NCBI GenBank assembly: GCA_016790845.1
Contig: JAEUOH010000116.1
Location: 8,305-72,304 of the forward strand
Direction of reading: 5' to 3'
Source of the DNA: Dechloromonas sp.
Lineage (GTDB): Bacteria; Pseudomonadota; Gammaproteobacteria; Burkholderiales; Rhodocyclaceae
Length of the DNA: 64,000 nt
Shown piece by piece: positions 10,355-19,736 of this stretch. Position numbers and translations under genes: made by a program. How positions within the stretch are numbered: the stretch's first letter is position 1; the number at the start of each line of letters is the position of its first letter. The notes beneath the pieces were generated by a model that saw only the letters and a program-made list of their open reading frames with translations, had not been told where the DNA came from and ran no database searches.

Positions 10355-10600
10355 AACGGGCAGGATTTCGGCTAATGCAGCCAGTCAGAAGTCGGTCCGT
10401 AACAGTCAGCAATAGGCCGGATACCAACCGGTCAGAGCCAAAGCCCGACGAACGGCTGCTTCCCCATTCGATGAATGCGTACTCTGTGAACCCAAGAGAC
10501 ATTGATCGTCTCGGCGAATAGCAGCAGTTTTCTAAGGGGAGTAGTCGTACAGAGTCGTGGCTAACCGAGAACTGCTCGGCCAATCCGGCCGCTGGGGTTG
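10355..10600 (+). repeat. Cluster of imperfect palindromic junction repeats (short ~30-bp units and one ~80-bp unit)
   Basis: Units at 10355-10386, 10402-10433, 10450-10529 and ~10570-10593, of the form AACGGCnGC...GCnGCCrkTC. Confidence 0.55.
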
Positions 10601-10885
10601 AGCGGCGGCTACGATTGAGCATACGCGGGCTTGGTTACGGGAAAATCGGCCAGATTTGTTGCTGATAGAACGGTAAATATTTCTAACCGCTTTGGAACTG
10701 GTTGAATATGCGAGTACGGCGATGTCACTTCTGGCTTGATTGTCTTCGTGTATGCTTCCGTGATTTTTGATGGTGCGAAAGCATTGGAAGTTGGCGTAAT
10801 GATTAGATTTTGAAAATATTTCTGAATCATTAGCGTTACTTCAAAAAGCGTGGCCAGCCTTCTCTTTTCTATCGCCTTTGATGAT

Positions 10886-11629
10886 ATGCCGAATACGACT
10901 GAACAATTCCCTTTTGATGTGTTCTTGAGCCATAGTTCTAAGGACAAGGATGTCGTGCGTGAAGTGGCCATACGTTTGCAGACGGATGGACTGAAGGTCT
11001 GGTTCGATGAGTGGGCGCTGAAACCTGGCGATAGCATCCCAGCGAAGATTGAGGATGGGCTGGAGAACTCTCGCATTCTGATACTCTGTATGTCGGTCAA
11101 TGCGTTTGGCTCTGACTGGGCTACTTTGGAGACCGGTACGTTTCGGTTCCGCGATCCCCTGAATAAGGATCGCCGCTTCATTCCACTGCGCCTTGACGAT
11201 ACGCCTATCAAAGGTTCTTTGGCACAGTTTCTCTATATCGACTGGCAGCTCGTTGGTCGTGAAAAGGCATATCAGAGGCTGATTGAGGCCTGTCGTCCGC
11301 TCGAGAAATTGACGAAGGTCGAAGCGTATGTTCGGCTGGATCAAGACACAGAAACGCTCGTCCAACTTCCATGTAAGTCAGAAATTCGGGCTTACGCATT
11401 CAGTCCCGACGGAACGCTCGCTCTCACCGGTGCTACAGACAAAACGGTTCGGTTGTGGGACCTTCAGAAAGTACGTTGCCGGCGTGTCTTTAAGGGGCAC
11501 GCGAATGGCAATCCTAAATATGGTCAAGGCGTTTGGTGTATCGCGGTAAGTCCTGATCAACGACGCGCTATGTCAGGTGGGTGTGATGGTCCCCTCCGCA
11601 GTGGATACCGTCAATTGCAAACAGTATGA
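10886..11629 (+). CDS. TIR-domain protein with incomplete WD40 region (probably 3'-truncated)
   Basis: FDVFLSHSSKDK...VWFDEW..KPGD...SDWATLE TIR motifs; AFSPDG..ALTGATDKTVRLWD plus one partial WD40 repeat before the stop. Confidence 0.8.
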   Translation: MPNTTEQFPFDVFLSHSSKDKDVVREVAIRLQTDGLKVWFDEWALKPGDSIPAKIEDGLENSRILILCMSVNAFGSDWATLETGTFRFRDPLNKDRRFIPLRLDDTPIKGSLAQFLYIDWQLVGREKAYQRLIEACRPLEKLTKVEAYVRLDQDTETLVQLPCKSEIRAYAFSPDGTLALTGATDKTVRLWDLQKVRCRRVFKGHANGNPKYGQGVWCIAVSPDQRRAMSGGCDGPLRSGYRQLQTV

Positions 11630-11658
11630 ATTGTCACGCTCTGACAATCGACCTGAAA

Positions 11659-13509
11659 TCAAGAATCAGCGTCTGCAGGAGGTGCCGCTCCGATGGACTC
11701 CCGAATGGCCTGGTAAATACCACGGCGTTCGGGGTTCTGGTCGAATAGGATGACTGTCCGCTGGCCATCTCGCGGAAGCTGACCAATCTCCCCCGTGGTT
11801 TCGCCGGACAATTCCACCGGCAGTCCTTGCAATGCCATCTGAAACGCGTCCAGAGGGCGGAGACCAGACGATAAAAACTCCTGCACCAGGGAATCCCTGG
11901 AGACATCCGAGCGCCAATGGTTCAGAGGAAAGCGAACGATTGGCTGGTCATCAAGCACGTCGTAGCTCACATGCCGCTGCTTTAGGGAAATCGACCTTCT
12001 CGTAGTCGTTACATTGTGGTCGATGAAATCGTTGTGTATGTGCAGCATGTGTTGGATGTAGGACATGTCCCCATCGCAGGCTTGCAGCATTCTTTCAATC
12101 GTGCGATACGCGAAGACCGGAGTATGCATCGCGTCAAAGAACATGCCACCGTTGTGCGATGTGATCACTATTGGCTCAAGGATGACCACAAAATGATCGA
12201 ACGGCGGTAGCCCTGCATTCGGCAACCAGTTACGTAACACCTCTAACCCACCTTCACTGGTGAGAAAATCGCCGATTCTCTGGCTTTGGATGAACGCTTT
12301 CGAGATACCGTCAGAATTCAAGGCACGCAAATGATCCTTGGCCCAAGCGGATGGCAATGGGCATTTGAGCTCACACACAAGGATGACGTAGCCGAGTGTA
12401 GGCTCGTGCGAGATCACAAGTAAGTCGATGTCCGGCAACCTAGAGTCATACTGTGCAAGCTTGACCTCTCGCAGACACTGGAATCCCTGCGCGGAGAAGG
12501 CTGTGGCCAATCGATCCACGAAGCGCGCACCCAAAGGTCCGCTGACGTTGCTGAGAAACAATTTGCTGCGTCGCTGCGCGACCACGCGAAGTAGGCCAAC
12601 TATTCCTTCGTGGGTACAAAAGTGTGTCGGACGCATCCAGATGCGCCCCGAACGCCCCTCGCGCATTAGGGAAAAATAGCCAGGACTCAAGCGATCGCGT
12701 GCAGCCGCAGCATCATAGATTAGGTCACATAAAATTCGTCGCAAGTTGTCTTCGGCGATGCCAGTATCAGTTGCTGCGGCTGCGACCAACTCGTTCTCGC
12801 TCATGGAGAGCGCCCCCCTACGGTCGTAGACTGTTGTCTGATAACGATGCCATAACGCCATGCTGACCAGCATCCGGTAAACAGCGTAGAACTGGGCATA
12901 GGTATAGCCGCCTAAGTCGATTTGGCTGTCATGTGGAATGATCGAAAAGTACGCAGCCAGCTTGTGTTCAGCCTCGGCCTTCAGCAACTTATCTATACGA
13001 CCATTAATCTGGCCACATTCACCGATCCCTCTTATAAGCGCCTGAAGCTCGTGCCGCGATGAAGCGTCGTGAATATGCTCCAACGAGCTCAAAATAGTTT
13101 CGTTATGCGAGAGGGCAAATTGACGCGGAATTGATCGGTCCAAGAACCGAATATCTACCTGTGCGTCATCCATTGTCCATTGGAAGGCGCCTTCGAAGTT
13201 AAAAGCGTAATAAAGATAGTCTCGCAACTCGTAATAGTGTGCCGCGAACAACAAGTCATCGGAGATTCCCTCTGCCGATGGTGTCTCCCCGCTCGCGCCA
13301 GAAACCAAGTGCGCGGCATAGACCTCGATGGCCTTGTCCCATGAGTTGATCCCCGGATTGCAAGTCGCCACGTGCTCGCTCAGATGCATGAGTAGTTCCA
13401 ACGTTTGGTCCGCATCCTGTGAGTGGATGCAGTTGTCAGCTAAGCGTGTATCTAAGTCCTTTTCAAAGACCTGCAGAAGCTGTACTAACTCAGATGATGG
13501 GCGAGACAT
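11659..13509 (-). CDS. Hypothetical 616-aa protein with putative PD-(D/E)XK nuclease-like motif
   Basis: Long ORF in lower-GC DNA; REVKL...PDIDLLVI...VCELKC motif in the C-terminal half. Confidence 0.6.
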   Translation of the reverse strand: MSRPSSELVQLLQVFEKDLDTRLADNCIHSQDADQTLELLMHLSEHVATCNPGINSWDKAIEVYAAHLVSGASGETPSAEGISDDLLFAAHYYELRDYLYYAFNFEGAFQWTMDDAQVDIRFLDRSIPRQFALSHNETILSSLEHIHDASSRHELQALIRGIGECGQINGRIDKLLKAEAEHKLAAYFSIIPHDSQIDLGGYTYAQFYAVYRMLVSMALWHRYQTTVYDRRGALSMSENELVAAAATDTGIAEDNLRRILCDLIYDAAAARDRLSPGYFSLMREGRSGRIWMRPTHFCTHEGIVGLLRVVAQRRSKLFLSNVSGPLGARFVDRLATAFSAQGFQCLREVKLAQYDSRLPDIDLLVISHEPTLGYVILVCELKCPLPSAWAKDHLRALNSDGISKAFIQSQRIGDFLTSEGGLEVLRNWLPNAGLPPFDHFVVILEPIVITSHNGGMFFDAMHTPVFAYRTIERMLQACDGDMSYIQHMLHIHNDFIDHNVTTTRRSISLKQRHVSYDVLDDQPIVRFPLNHWRSDVSRDSLVQEFLSSGLRPLDAFQMALQGLPVELSGETTGEIGQLPRDGQRTVILFDQNPERRGIYQAIRESIGAAPPADADS

Positions 13510-13589
13510 GTAAGGTTCTCAGAGCGTCTTATTGCGAGGAATACGATTTTAATTTTCTGCAGCTCTAAACCCAATAGACCCTGGCTGCG

Positions 13590-13896
13590 AGAAAAACGGC
13601 CATTTTGGGAAAAAGAGAAGGTCCGAAATGGGTCGAGAGCCATTCTAGCTAATGGGAATCGACCATCGACTGCTATCAGTTGCAGAGCGGCTGATGACTG
13701 CTACATAGCCACCCAATTCTGGCTTGAGGCCGAAGTTCGGCCAATCCGGCCATTGGCCAAATGCTCAGAATCAGGCAGCAATCTGTCGATAACCTGCCGT
13801 TCTCCCTTGAACCGAGGCGAACGGCAGCTTTCCCTTCCAGCGAATGCGCACTCCGTGCCCAAAGCGGAAGTAGCTCGAATTGAAAAGCTGCCGTTC
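13590..13896 (+). repeat. Second cluster of palindromic junction repeats
   Basis: Units at ~13618-13646, 13726-13754 and 13771-13802; hairpin 13819-13896 (GAACGGCAGCTTT...AAAGCTGCCGTTC) homologous to 10450-10529. Confidence 0.6.
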
Positions 13897-13962
13897 AATG
13901 TTTGAATTCACCGGGGCTGCGCGGCTTCATCGCGCAGCGTCAGGTGGCAAGATGGGTTGGGC
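13893..13962 (-). other. Integron attC site with degenerate R' box
   Basis: Minus strand GCCCAAC-CCATC-TTGCCACC-(GC-rich stem)-GGTGAAT-TCAAAC-ATTGAAC: R''/5 nt/L''/L'/6 nt/R' layout, 70 bp. Confidence 0.75.
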
Positions 13963-14262
13963 GGCATTTGTTCTCCATATGAACCGCTCCACAACGAGTG
14001 CTTTTTGTTCGGAAAGACGTACCTTAATGACCTGCCGAAGGAGCTTCTCAATTTCATCTCTAAGCTGCAGAAAGTGATTCATCTTCTCCTTGTTGTAGTC
14101 TGAACTCCTTGAGGGAGGGAATCCCGACTCCTCTCGTGCCAGTTGGGTTGCAACCCTTGCTATGGAAACCCCGAAAAAGCCAAAAACAAATGATTCCAGT
14201 GACCGGTAATCATCGCCAATAACGGGATTCCCGGGTTCTGAATGCCGTCTTTTGGCGTTCAG
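13927..14262 (-). pseudogene. 5'-truncated gene-cassette ORF remnant
   Basis: Open frame ...DDYRSLESFVFGFF...FLQLRDEIEKLLRQ...NAAQPILPPDAAR* runs into the attC; an in-frame TAA lies just upstream and there is no convincing start. Confidence 0.6.
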
Positions 14263-14281
14263 TTAGCACCATGAGCAGCTA

Positions 14282-15289
14282 TCAAAGGCGGCAGCGAATT
14301 TCCCGGTCAACCGAAGTGTCGATTGCTTCACCGGCCAGCAGGCGGCGAATTGATGCGCCAAGCAAGTCGAGCGGCGAGTCGAGCAGAGGCGTAGGCGGGC
14401 CGTACGTTTTGAAGCGGGCTTGGTTGGCGCGGGTCTGTTCGAGGATGCGCTTGTCCTGCTTGAGGATGAGGCCGAACAAGCGGTGCAGGAAAATCCGCTT
14501 CAGCCAGGCTGGGGCGAGGCCGCGCCGGGTGGCGACGCGGATGTGGACACGCAGGCGCTCGGCGTCCTCGGGCGTCAGCCAAGCGGTGGCCAGTAGATTG
14601 AGGCCGTGTTTGCCACGATATTCGATCTCGGCTACGCCGGGAAGGCGGAAGCGGCCGAAGCTCTCTGTGCGGCTGCCTTCGAGCAGACTGGAGACGAGAC
14701 CAGACTGCAGTCCTTCCTCGCTGTAGCGTGCCTCAATGCCGTTGCCGATCCGGCGTACTTCGGCCTTTACATCCTGGCGGTGTCCGTCGCGGCGAATCCA
14801 ACCGGCGTGGATGAAATGGGTGTGGCTGCCGTCGAGCAGGTTCTCGGCCGCCTCGGCGGCAGAGCAGTGCACACATTCGACCAGGAAGAATGTATCTACA
14901 TCTGTCTCGATCGACGGGGGGGAAGGTTCCGGTGTGTCCGCGTCCGGCGTGGCGCAGGCCCAGACTAGGCCGTGGCCGATCCGGCTGGCCAAGGGCGGCA
15001 ATAGCCCACCCCGGCTGCCCCCGTCATCTAGGCCGGGCACACGGGCACAGCGGCCACCACCATCAAAGCGCCAGCCATGGTAGGGACAGGCCAGCTCGCC
15101 GTTGTGGACGCGGCCGGCGGACAGGGGCGCGTGGCGATGCGGACAGCGATCTGGCAGCACGGCGGGCTGGCCGTCAGCGGCGCGAAAGAGCACCAGCGGT
15201 TGGCCGTGCAATTGCCGCGCCAGTGGCTTGCCGGCGTCCAGTTCGGCGACGGTGGCCACGGGCCACCAGTGACGGGTAAGGTCGATCAT
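14282..15289 (-). CDS. Rieske non-haem iron oxygenase (VanA/KshA-like alpha subunit)
   Basis: CPHRHAPL...CPYHGW Rieske motif; ENLLDGSHTHFIH mononuclear iron motif. Confidence 0.9.
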   Translation of the reverse strand: MIDLTRHWWPVATVAELDAGKPLARQLHGQPLVLFRAADGQPAVLPDRCPHRHAPLSAGRVHNGELACPYHGWRFDGGGRCARVPGLDDGGSRGGLLPPLASRIGHGLVWACATPDADTPEPSPPSIETDVDTFFLVECVHCSAAEAAENLLDGSHTHFIHAGWIRRDGHRQDVKAEVRRIGNGIEARYSEEGLQSGLVSSLLEGSRTESFGRFRLPGVAEIEYRGKHGLNLLATAWLTPEDAERLRVHIRVATRRGLAPAWLKRIFLHRLFGLILKQDKRILEQTRANQARFKTYGPPTPLLDSPLDLLGASIRRLLAGEAIDTSVDREIRCRL

Positions 15290-16419
15290 AGTTCGTACTT
15301 TTCCATGATGGGGACGCCGACGCCGCGCAGCAGGCTCCCAAGCAGGCGCCAGGTGCGCTTGCGGTAAGCCGGCAGATGGTCGACGAATACGTAGCTGTAT
15401 TCGATTTCCGGGCGCCCTCCGCGTAGGCGCTTAAACCCGGCGGCGCCGGCGCTCATGTTGAAAAGGCCGCACCGGCGCGCGGTTTCTTCCAGGCTGATCT
15501 GAGAAATGAGACGGTAAAGCCCGGTCTTCTGGGGCAGTGCGGTGTCGTAACCGACCACAGGTGAGGTCATCACCGTTTCGTTTGCGAACCAGCCCAGCAC
15601 GGCGTCGATGCGCCCCGCTGGCGTGCGCAGTGCGGTTAGTTCCAGCCAGCCGTCGCGCTGGCCGGAACGCATCCAGCCGGCGGTGAAATGGGGGTTTAGC
15701 GGACAGTACTTATCCAGGTAGAGCAGGTTGTAGAGATGCTCTAGGCGCGGGTAGTCGGCGTCGGACAGGTCTTGGCCAGATACCCGTTGATAAGGCGTAC
15801 CGACGAGAAGGCGGGCGTCGCGGCGGCTGTCGCGGCGGCGCAGGAAACCGGCATCCTTGCCCGCCGCGCCGTCGAACAGGTAGACCTGCCGGCTCGGGAT
15901 GGCTAGGTAACCCCGGGCTTCCAGGCGAGCGATAAGTCCAGCGTTGCTGTACCGATTGAGGGAGCGAAAGCCGATGGCGTGGTCGGGATACACGGTTAGA
16001 AGATAGTCGGTGATAGCGGGCAAGTCAGCACCGTCCCAGTCGGGCGGATAGAGATTGGTGGACAGCAGCCAGTTGTTCACTTGGACTATGCGGTCGATAC
16101 GCGCTCGGGCCAGCCAGCCACCCGCAGCCCGGGTCAAACCAAGCAGAGGCCAAGTCAGCCAGGGCCGGTCGAGCTGGCGGATCTCGTATTCGGCGTAGCC
16201 GGTGTAGGCGGTCAGCGGCGAGGCCACGTAGCTGTTGTCGGCACTTTCGTCGCCGTTGTTGACCGTGACCGGGAAAAGGTGATGCCCTGTGTCGAGCATG
16301 ACTATGTGGGTTTCGACATTGCCAATGGCCGGGGCTCCGTGGCGGGCGAAGGCCAGCGCCCGGCGTTCGGTCTCCGAGCGGGCTGAGAGGCCGGCTTCGA
16401 CGGGGGCGCTCAGTCGCAC
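15286..16419 (-). CDS. Hypothetical protein with GNAT/FemAB-like C-terminal fold
   Basis: In operon; PVVGYD...LYRL...NMSAGAAGFKRLRGG pattern; GTG start inferred. Confidence 0.6.
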   Translation of the reverse strand: MRLSAPVEAGLSARSETERRALAFARHGAPAIGNVETHIVMLDTGHHLFPVTVNNGDESADNSYVASPLTAYTGYAEYEIRQLDRPWLTWPLLGLTRAAGGWLARARIDRIVQVNNWLLSTNLYPPDWDGADLPAITDYLLTVYPDHAIGFRSLNRYSNAGLIARLEARGYLAIPSRQVYLFDGAAGKDAGFLRRRDSRRDARLLVGTPYQRVSGQDLSDADYPRLEHLYNLLYLDKYCPLNPHFTAGWMRSGQRDGWLELTALRTPAGRIDAVLGWFANETVMTSPVVGYDTALPQKTGLYRLISQISLEETARRCGLFNMSAGAAGFKRLRGGRPEIEYSYVFVDHLPAYRKRTWRLLGSLLRGVGVPIMEKYEL

Positions 16420-17564
16420 GGCGGCGTATCCAGCGCTTGGCCGTTCCACTCGCTGTCGGCGGTGGCTGCGGCGAGCAGGCCACAACGGCGAACGATGGCG
16501 CGGCTGATGATCTCGACTAGGCCAGGAATCTGGGCCGGTAGCGGCCCCCGGTCTCCGGGCCGGGCGACCACATCACGGGCGCTTTTCCAGTCGCGCCAGA
16601 AGCGGCGCTCGAGGCCGTGTTTGTGGATCGCGAAGAGCAGCATGGCTAGGGCAACTTGGCGCGGTTCCGATGTCGGCCTGAGCACGCCGTCGGCGCCCAG
16701 CAGGGCATCAACCAGCGCGCGTGGCTGGTCGTCGAAGAGATGCACGCCACTGGTGGCGCGCGGGTTGCACTCGATCACCCGGCAACTGCCGTCAGCCAGT
16801 TCGATGAAGTCGAAGGCGGCCTGGCCGGTGTAGCCGGTCTCGGCGCCGAAGCGTTCCAAGAAGGCGCGAATCGGCGCCGGGTCGGTCGGCTCAAACCAAA
16901 TGCCGGAGCCGCGCCCGACCCGGTAACGTGGGTGGTAGCAGGCGTGAGCGGTGAGGCGGCCGTCGACCAGCAAGCTGTAGCTGCAATGCTCACGACCGGC
17001 GGCGAAGCGCTGGGCGATCCAGGGCTGCTCGGGTGTCGGGGTGATCGTGCCTAATTGCTCCGCGGATGGGCGCAGCAGGGTACGGTTGGCGAAGCGTGAA
17101 TAGGCCGGCTTGAATACCCAGTCCCGGGTATCGAGTCCGGCGGCAAATCGACGGACCGACTCGTTGGAGTCGAGCGGGTGTGTTTCCGGGGCCTCGACCG
17201 GCCAGTCTTTAACCTTCGCCGCGAATCGGCCCTTGTGATGCAACTCATGCATCAGTTCAAAGGGGGGCACTATTACCCGGGCTGGAATCCGGTCGCGGCC
17301 GTGGGCTAGGTAGAACGACTCTTCGCAAGTGGGCAGAACGAGGTTGATTCCGCGCACGGTCACTTCTCGCGTCAAGGCATTGACCCAGCCAGCCGGGTCG
17401 GGGCGGGGTTCGGGCAGGCGGACATAATCGTGGATTGCGCTGGAGAAACGGGTCACTGGCCAGCGCAGGGAATCGCCGGCGCTCACTTGCCAGCCGGCGC
17501 TACGGAATACCCGGGCCCATTCCAGGCATGCGGGAGCGCGGGCACCCAAGATCAGAACGTGCAT
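16410..17564 (-). CDS. ATP-grasp domain protein
   Basis: LPTCEE, VFKPAYSRF, WIAQRF and IECNPRATSG motifs. Confidence 0.85.
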   Translation of the reverse strand: MHVLILGARAPACLEWARVFRSAGWQVSAGDSLRWPVTRFSSAIHDYVRLPEPRPDPAGWVNALTREVTVRGINLVLPTCEESFYLAHGRDRIPARVIVPPFELMHELHHKGRFAAKVKDWPVEAPETHPLDSNESVRRFAAGLDTRDWVFKPAYSRFANRTLLRPSAEQLGTITPTPEQPWIAQRFAAGREHCSYSLLVDGRLTAHACYHPRYRVGRGSGIWFEPTDPAPIRAFLERFGAETGYTGQAAFDFIELADGSCRVIECNPRATSGVHLFDDQPRALVDALLGADGVLRPTSEPRQVALAMLLFAIHKHGLERRFWRDWKSARDVVARPGDRGPLPAQIPGLVEIISRAIVRRCGLLAAATADSEWNGQALDTPPCD

Positions 17565-18898
17565 GTCAGTCCTTCAGGAGGGTACTGTAGGCGGACACGC
17601 CGGCGCTTCACGCCGGGTGAAGGCGCCTGCCAATCGGTAAACCTCAGCGTGGGCGGAACGACGCCGAGGCAGTGCCAGAGTGTGTCTAGTTCGGCGCTGA
17701 CGCGTGCTGCGGCCTCGTCCTGGCTTCCTTCCGTTAGCAGGCCCACGTTGAATTGCATACCTGTCTGGACCAGCTCGAATTCCCGTACCGATGGGCCGGT
17801 GAACAGCATGGCTCGCCGGAAGTGGTCAGGGTAGATCGCAACGGCACGGCCATCGGCGCGGGCTGGCAGCCAGAGCACCTCGTCGGCGCGGCCCTCGACG
17901 GCGGCAATGGCGCGTTCGGCTCGGCCGCAGGGGCAGCGCGTGTCGCGCACCCGCAGGACGTCATTGAGGCGGTAGCGCACGATCAACTGGGTCTCTCGGG
18001 AGAAGTCGGTGACGATGGGCTGGAAGCGCGTGTGGGCAACGTCCAGCCAGTCCGGCTCGATATGCACGAAGCTTTCGTTCAGGTGCAAGGTCCCGTGCTC
18101 GCAGGTGTAACCAAGGAAACCTTCGGTGGCCTGGTAGATTTGGTGAGTATCGACATGGAAGGCGGCGCGCACGGCCTCTCGGTCGGCGTCCTCCAGTACC
18201 TCGGCCACCGAGATAACGTGGCTGGGGGCGATAGTGAGCTGTCCGGCGCGTGCCTTCGCCGCCAGGGCGTGTAGCAGCGAGGGTGGGCCAACCAGCACGT
18301 CTGGCTGCTGGATGTTCAGTTGGGATAAGGCAGGCTCGACACCGCCCAGTAGGTCATGGAAACCGAAGTCGATGCGTCGGCTGTTGAGTGTGGTGTAGAG
18401 GTTGCTGTTGGCGCGTAGGAAGAAGGCAATGCGCAGGGGTGGCATCCATGGCGACAGCAGGCGTTTCAGCAGGTGGCCGGGCAGGGCACGGCCGAGCAGG
18501 ATTCCGGCCCAGCGCAGGCGCTCCGCCCGGCTGACCAAGAACACACCGCGGTTCCCCGATGTGCCGCTCGACAGGCCGACGGTCAGATCGCCCAGCATGG
18601 GTGCGAAGTTGCGCGTAGCCTCGGCCTTGAGGCCAATGTCGAAGGCTTCGGCCGCCCGCACGCCCCGGGTGTTGCGATCCGCGAAATCGGCCATCATGGC
18701 TGCCTTGTCCATGGTGGGCAAATCGGCCAGCCCGGTAGCTCGTATGTTCCGGTAATACGGCGCACTCGGTAAGACGACGCGCATGAACCGGGCCAGCCGT
18801 TTCGCCTGCCAGGCCTCCAACTTGGCCCGGTCGCGGAAATCCAGCGCCCAGCGGGTGCGGGCGAAGTGCAAGACGGTAACGAGGGCGTCAGGCACCAT
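17552..18898 (-). CDS. Adenylate-forming enzyme (F390 synthetase/PaaK-like)
   Basis: GLSSGTSGNRG P-loop, YQATEGF, YRLNDVL and VEGRADE motifs. Confidence 0.85.
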   Translation of the reverse strand: MVPDALVTVLHFARTRWALDFRDRAKLEAWQAKRLARFMRVVLPSAPYYRNIRATGLADLPTMDKAAMMADFADRNTRGVRAAEAFDIGLKAEATRNFAPMLGDLTVGLSSGTSGNRGVFLVSRAERLRWAGILLGRALPGHLLKRLLSPWMPPLRIAFFLRANSNLYTTLNSRRIDFGFHDLLGGVEPALSQLNIQQPDVLVGPPSLLHALAAKARAGQLTIAPSHVISVAEVLEDADREAVRAAFHVDTHQIYQATEGFLGYTCEHGTLHLNESFVHIEPDWLDVAHTRFQPIVTDFSRETQLIVRYRLNDVLRVRDTRCPCGRAERAIAAVEGRADEVLWLPARADGRAVAIYPDHFRRAMLFTGPSVREFELVQTGMQFNVGLLTEGSQDEAAARVSAELDTLWHCLGVVPPTLRFTDWQAPSPGVKRRRVRLQYPPEGLTCTF

Positions 18899-19736
18899 GC
18901 GTAAATTCCCGCCAAGCAATTCGGCAATGCGAGGGCAGCACGGCGACAGCGGTTTCGCGCCGGGCGATGCTGGTGAGGCCCCGGAAAGTATCGAGGTAGC
19001 GCCGACGCTCAGCGTTGACCAGAAGGGCCGGGAAGGCGGGGGGACGGGCGTCGCGCAGGGCCGGCAGGGACCAGCAGGCATCTGCCACCAGGAAAACCGG
19101 ACGGCCCGCTGCATCCGGCACGAACAGGCCGAGTTGGCCGTGGCTGTGGCCGGGCAGAGGCACACCGATCAGGCTGCCGTCGCCGAACAAGTCATGGCCG
19201 GTCTCGAAGGGGTGCAGCCAGCCGGGCAGGTTGCGCTTCGGCGCGCGGTCGGCAGCGACTACACGGTGGAAGTAATCGTTCGGCAGCAGGTCAGGTAGAT
19301 GGCCACCCAGGGTGGCGCGCCAACGCTTTCCGGCCAACGCAGCGAAACGGTTGGTATCGGCTTGCAGGGCGATGAAACGAGCGTTGGGAAAATCGCGCAG
19401 GCCGGCGATGTGGTCGCCGTGGTAATGAGAGACGATCACCGTGCCGATGTCAGCGGGCGTCAGCCCGAAGCCCACCAGTTGTGTGCGCAGCACTTCCGCC
19501 TCCGGTAGTTCCACCGGCAGGGCGGCCCGATACAGGCGTTCCGGCCAGGTGTCGGTGGCGGTGAAAAAATGGCCCGCGTAGCCCGTATCGTAGAGCAGCC
19601 AACCGCGTTTTGGGTGGCGTATCAGGCCGCACAAGGCGGGAAACTCCACTGCCGACCAGCGCCCGCCCCGTGCCGCCATGCATTCGAGATGGCGGCAGGC
19701 ACCGACGCGCAGCAGGTGCAGTTCGACCGTACTCAT
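18888..19736 (-). CDS. Metallo-beta-lactamase-fold hydrolase
   Basis: LYDTG, SHYHGDH, LPGHSHG, VADA and PSH motifs. Confidence 0.88.
   Translation of the reverse strand: MSTVELHLLRVGACRHLECMAARGGRWSAVEFPALCGLIRHPKRGWLLYDTGYAGHFFTATDTWPERLYRAALPVELPEAEVLRTQLVGFGLTPADIGTVIVSHYHGDHIAGLRDFPNARFIALQADTNRFAALAGKRWRATLGGHLPDLLPNDYFHRVVAADRAPKRNLPGWLHPFETGHDLFGDGSLIGVPLPGHSHGQLGLFVPDAAGRPVFLVADACWSLPALRDARPPAFPALLVNAERRRYLDTFRGLTSIARRETAVAVLPSHCRIAWREFTHGA

Noticed and set aside
10559-10603. Possible attC (CTAAC...GTTGAGC)
   Set aside because: About 45 bp, too short, with no L-box pairing
10609-10830. Short AT-richer ORF-like stretch upstream of the TIR gene
   Set aside because: No recognisable motif or clear start on either strand; could be a remnant but cannot be supported
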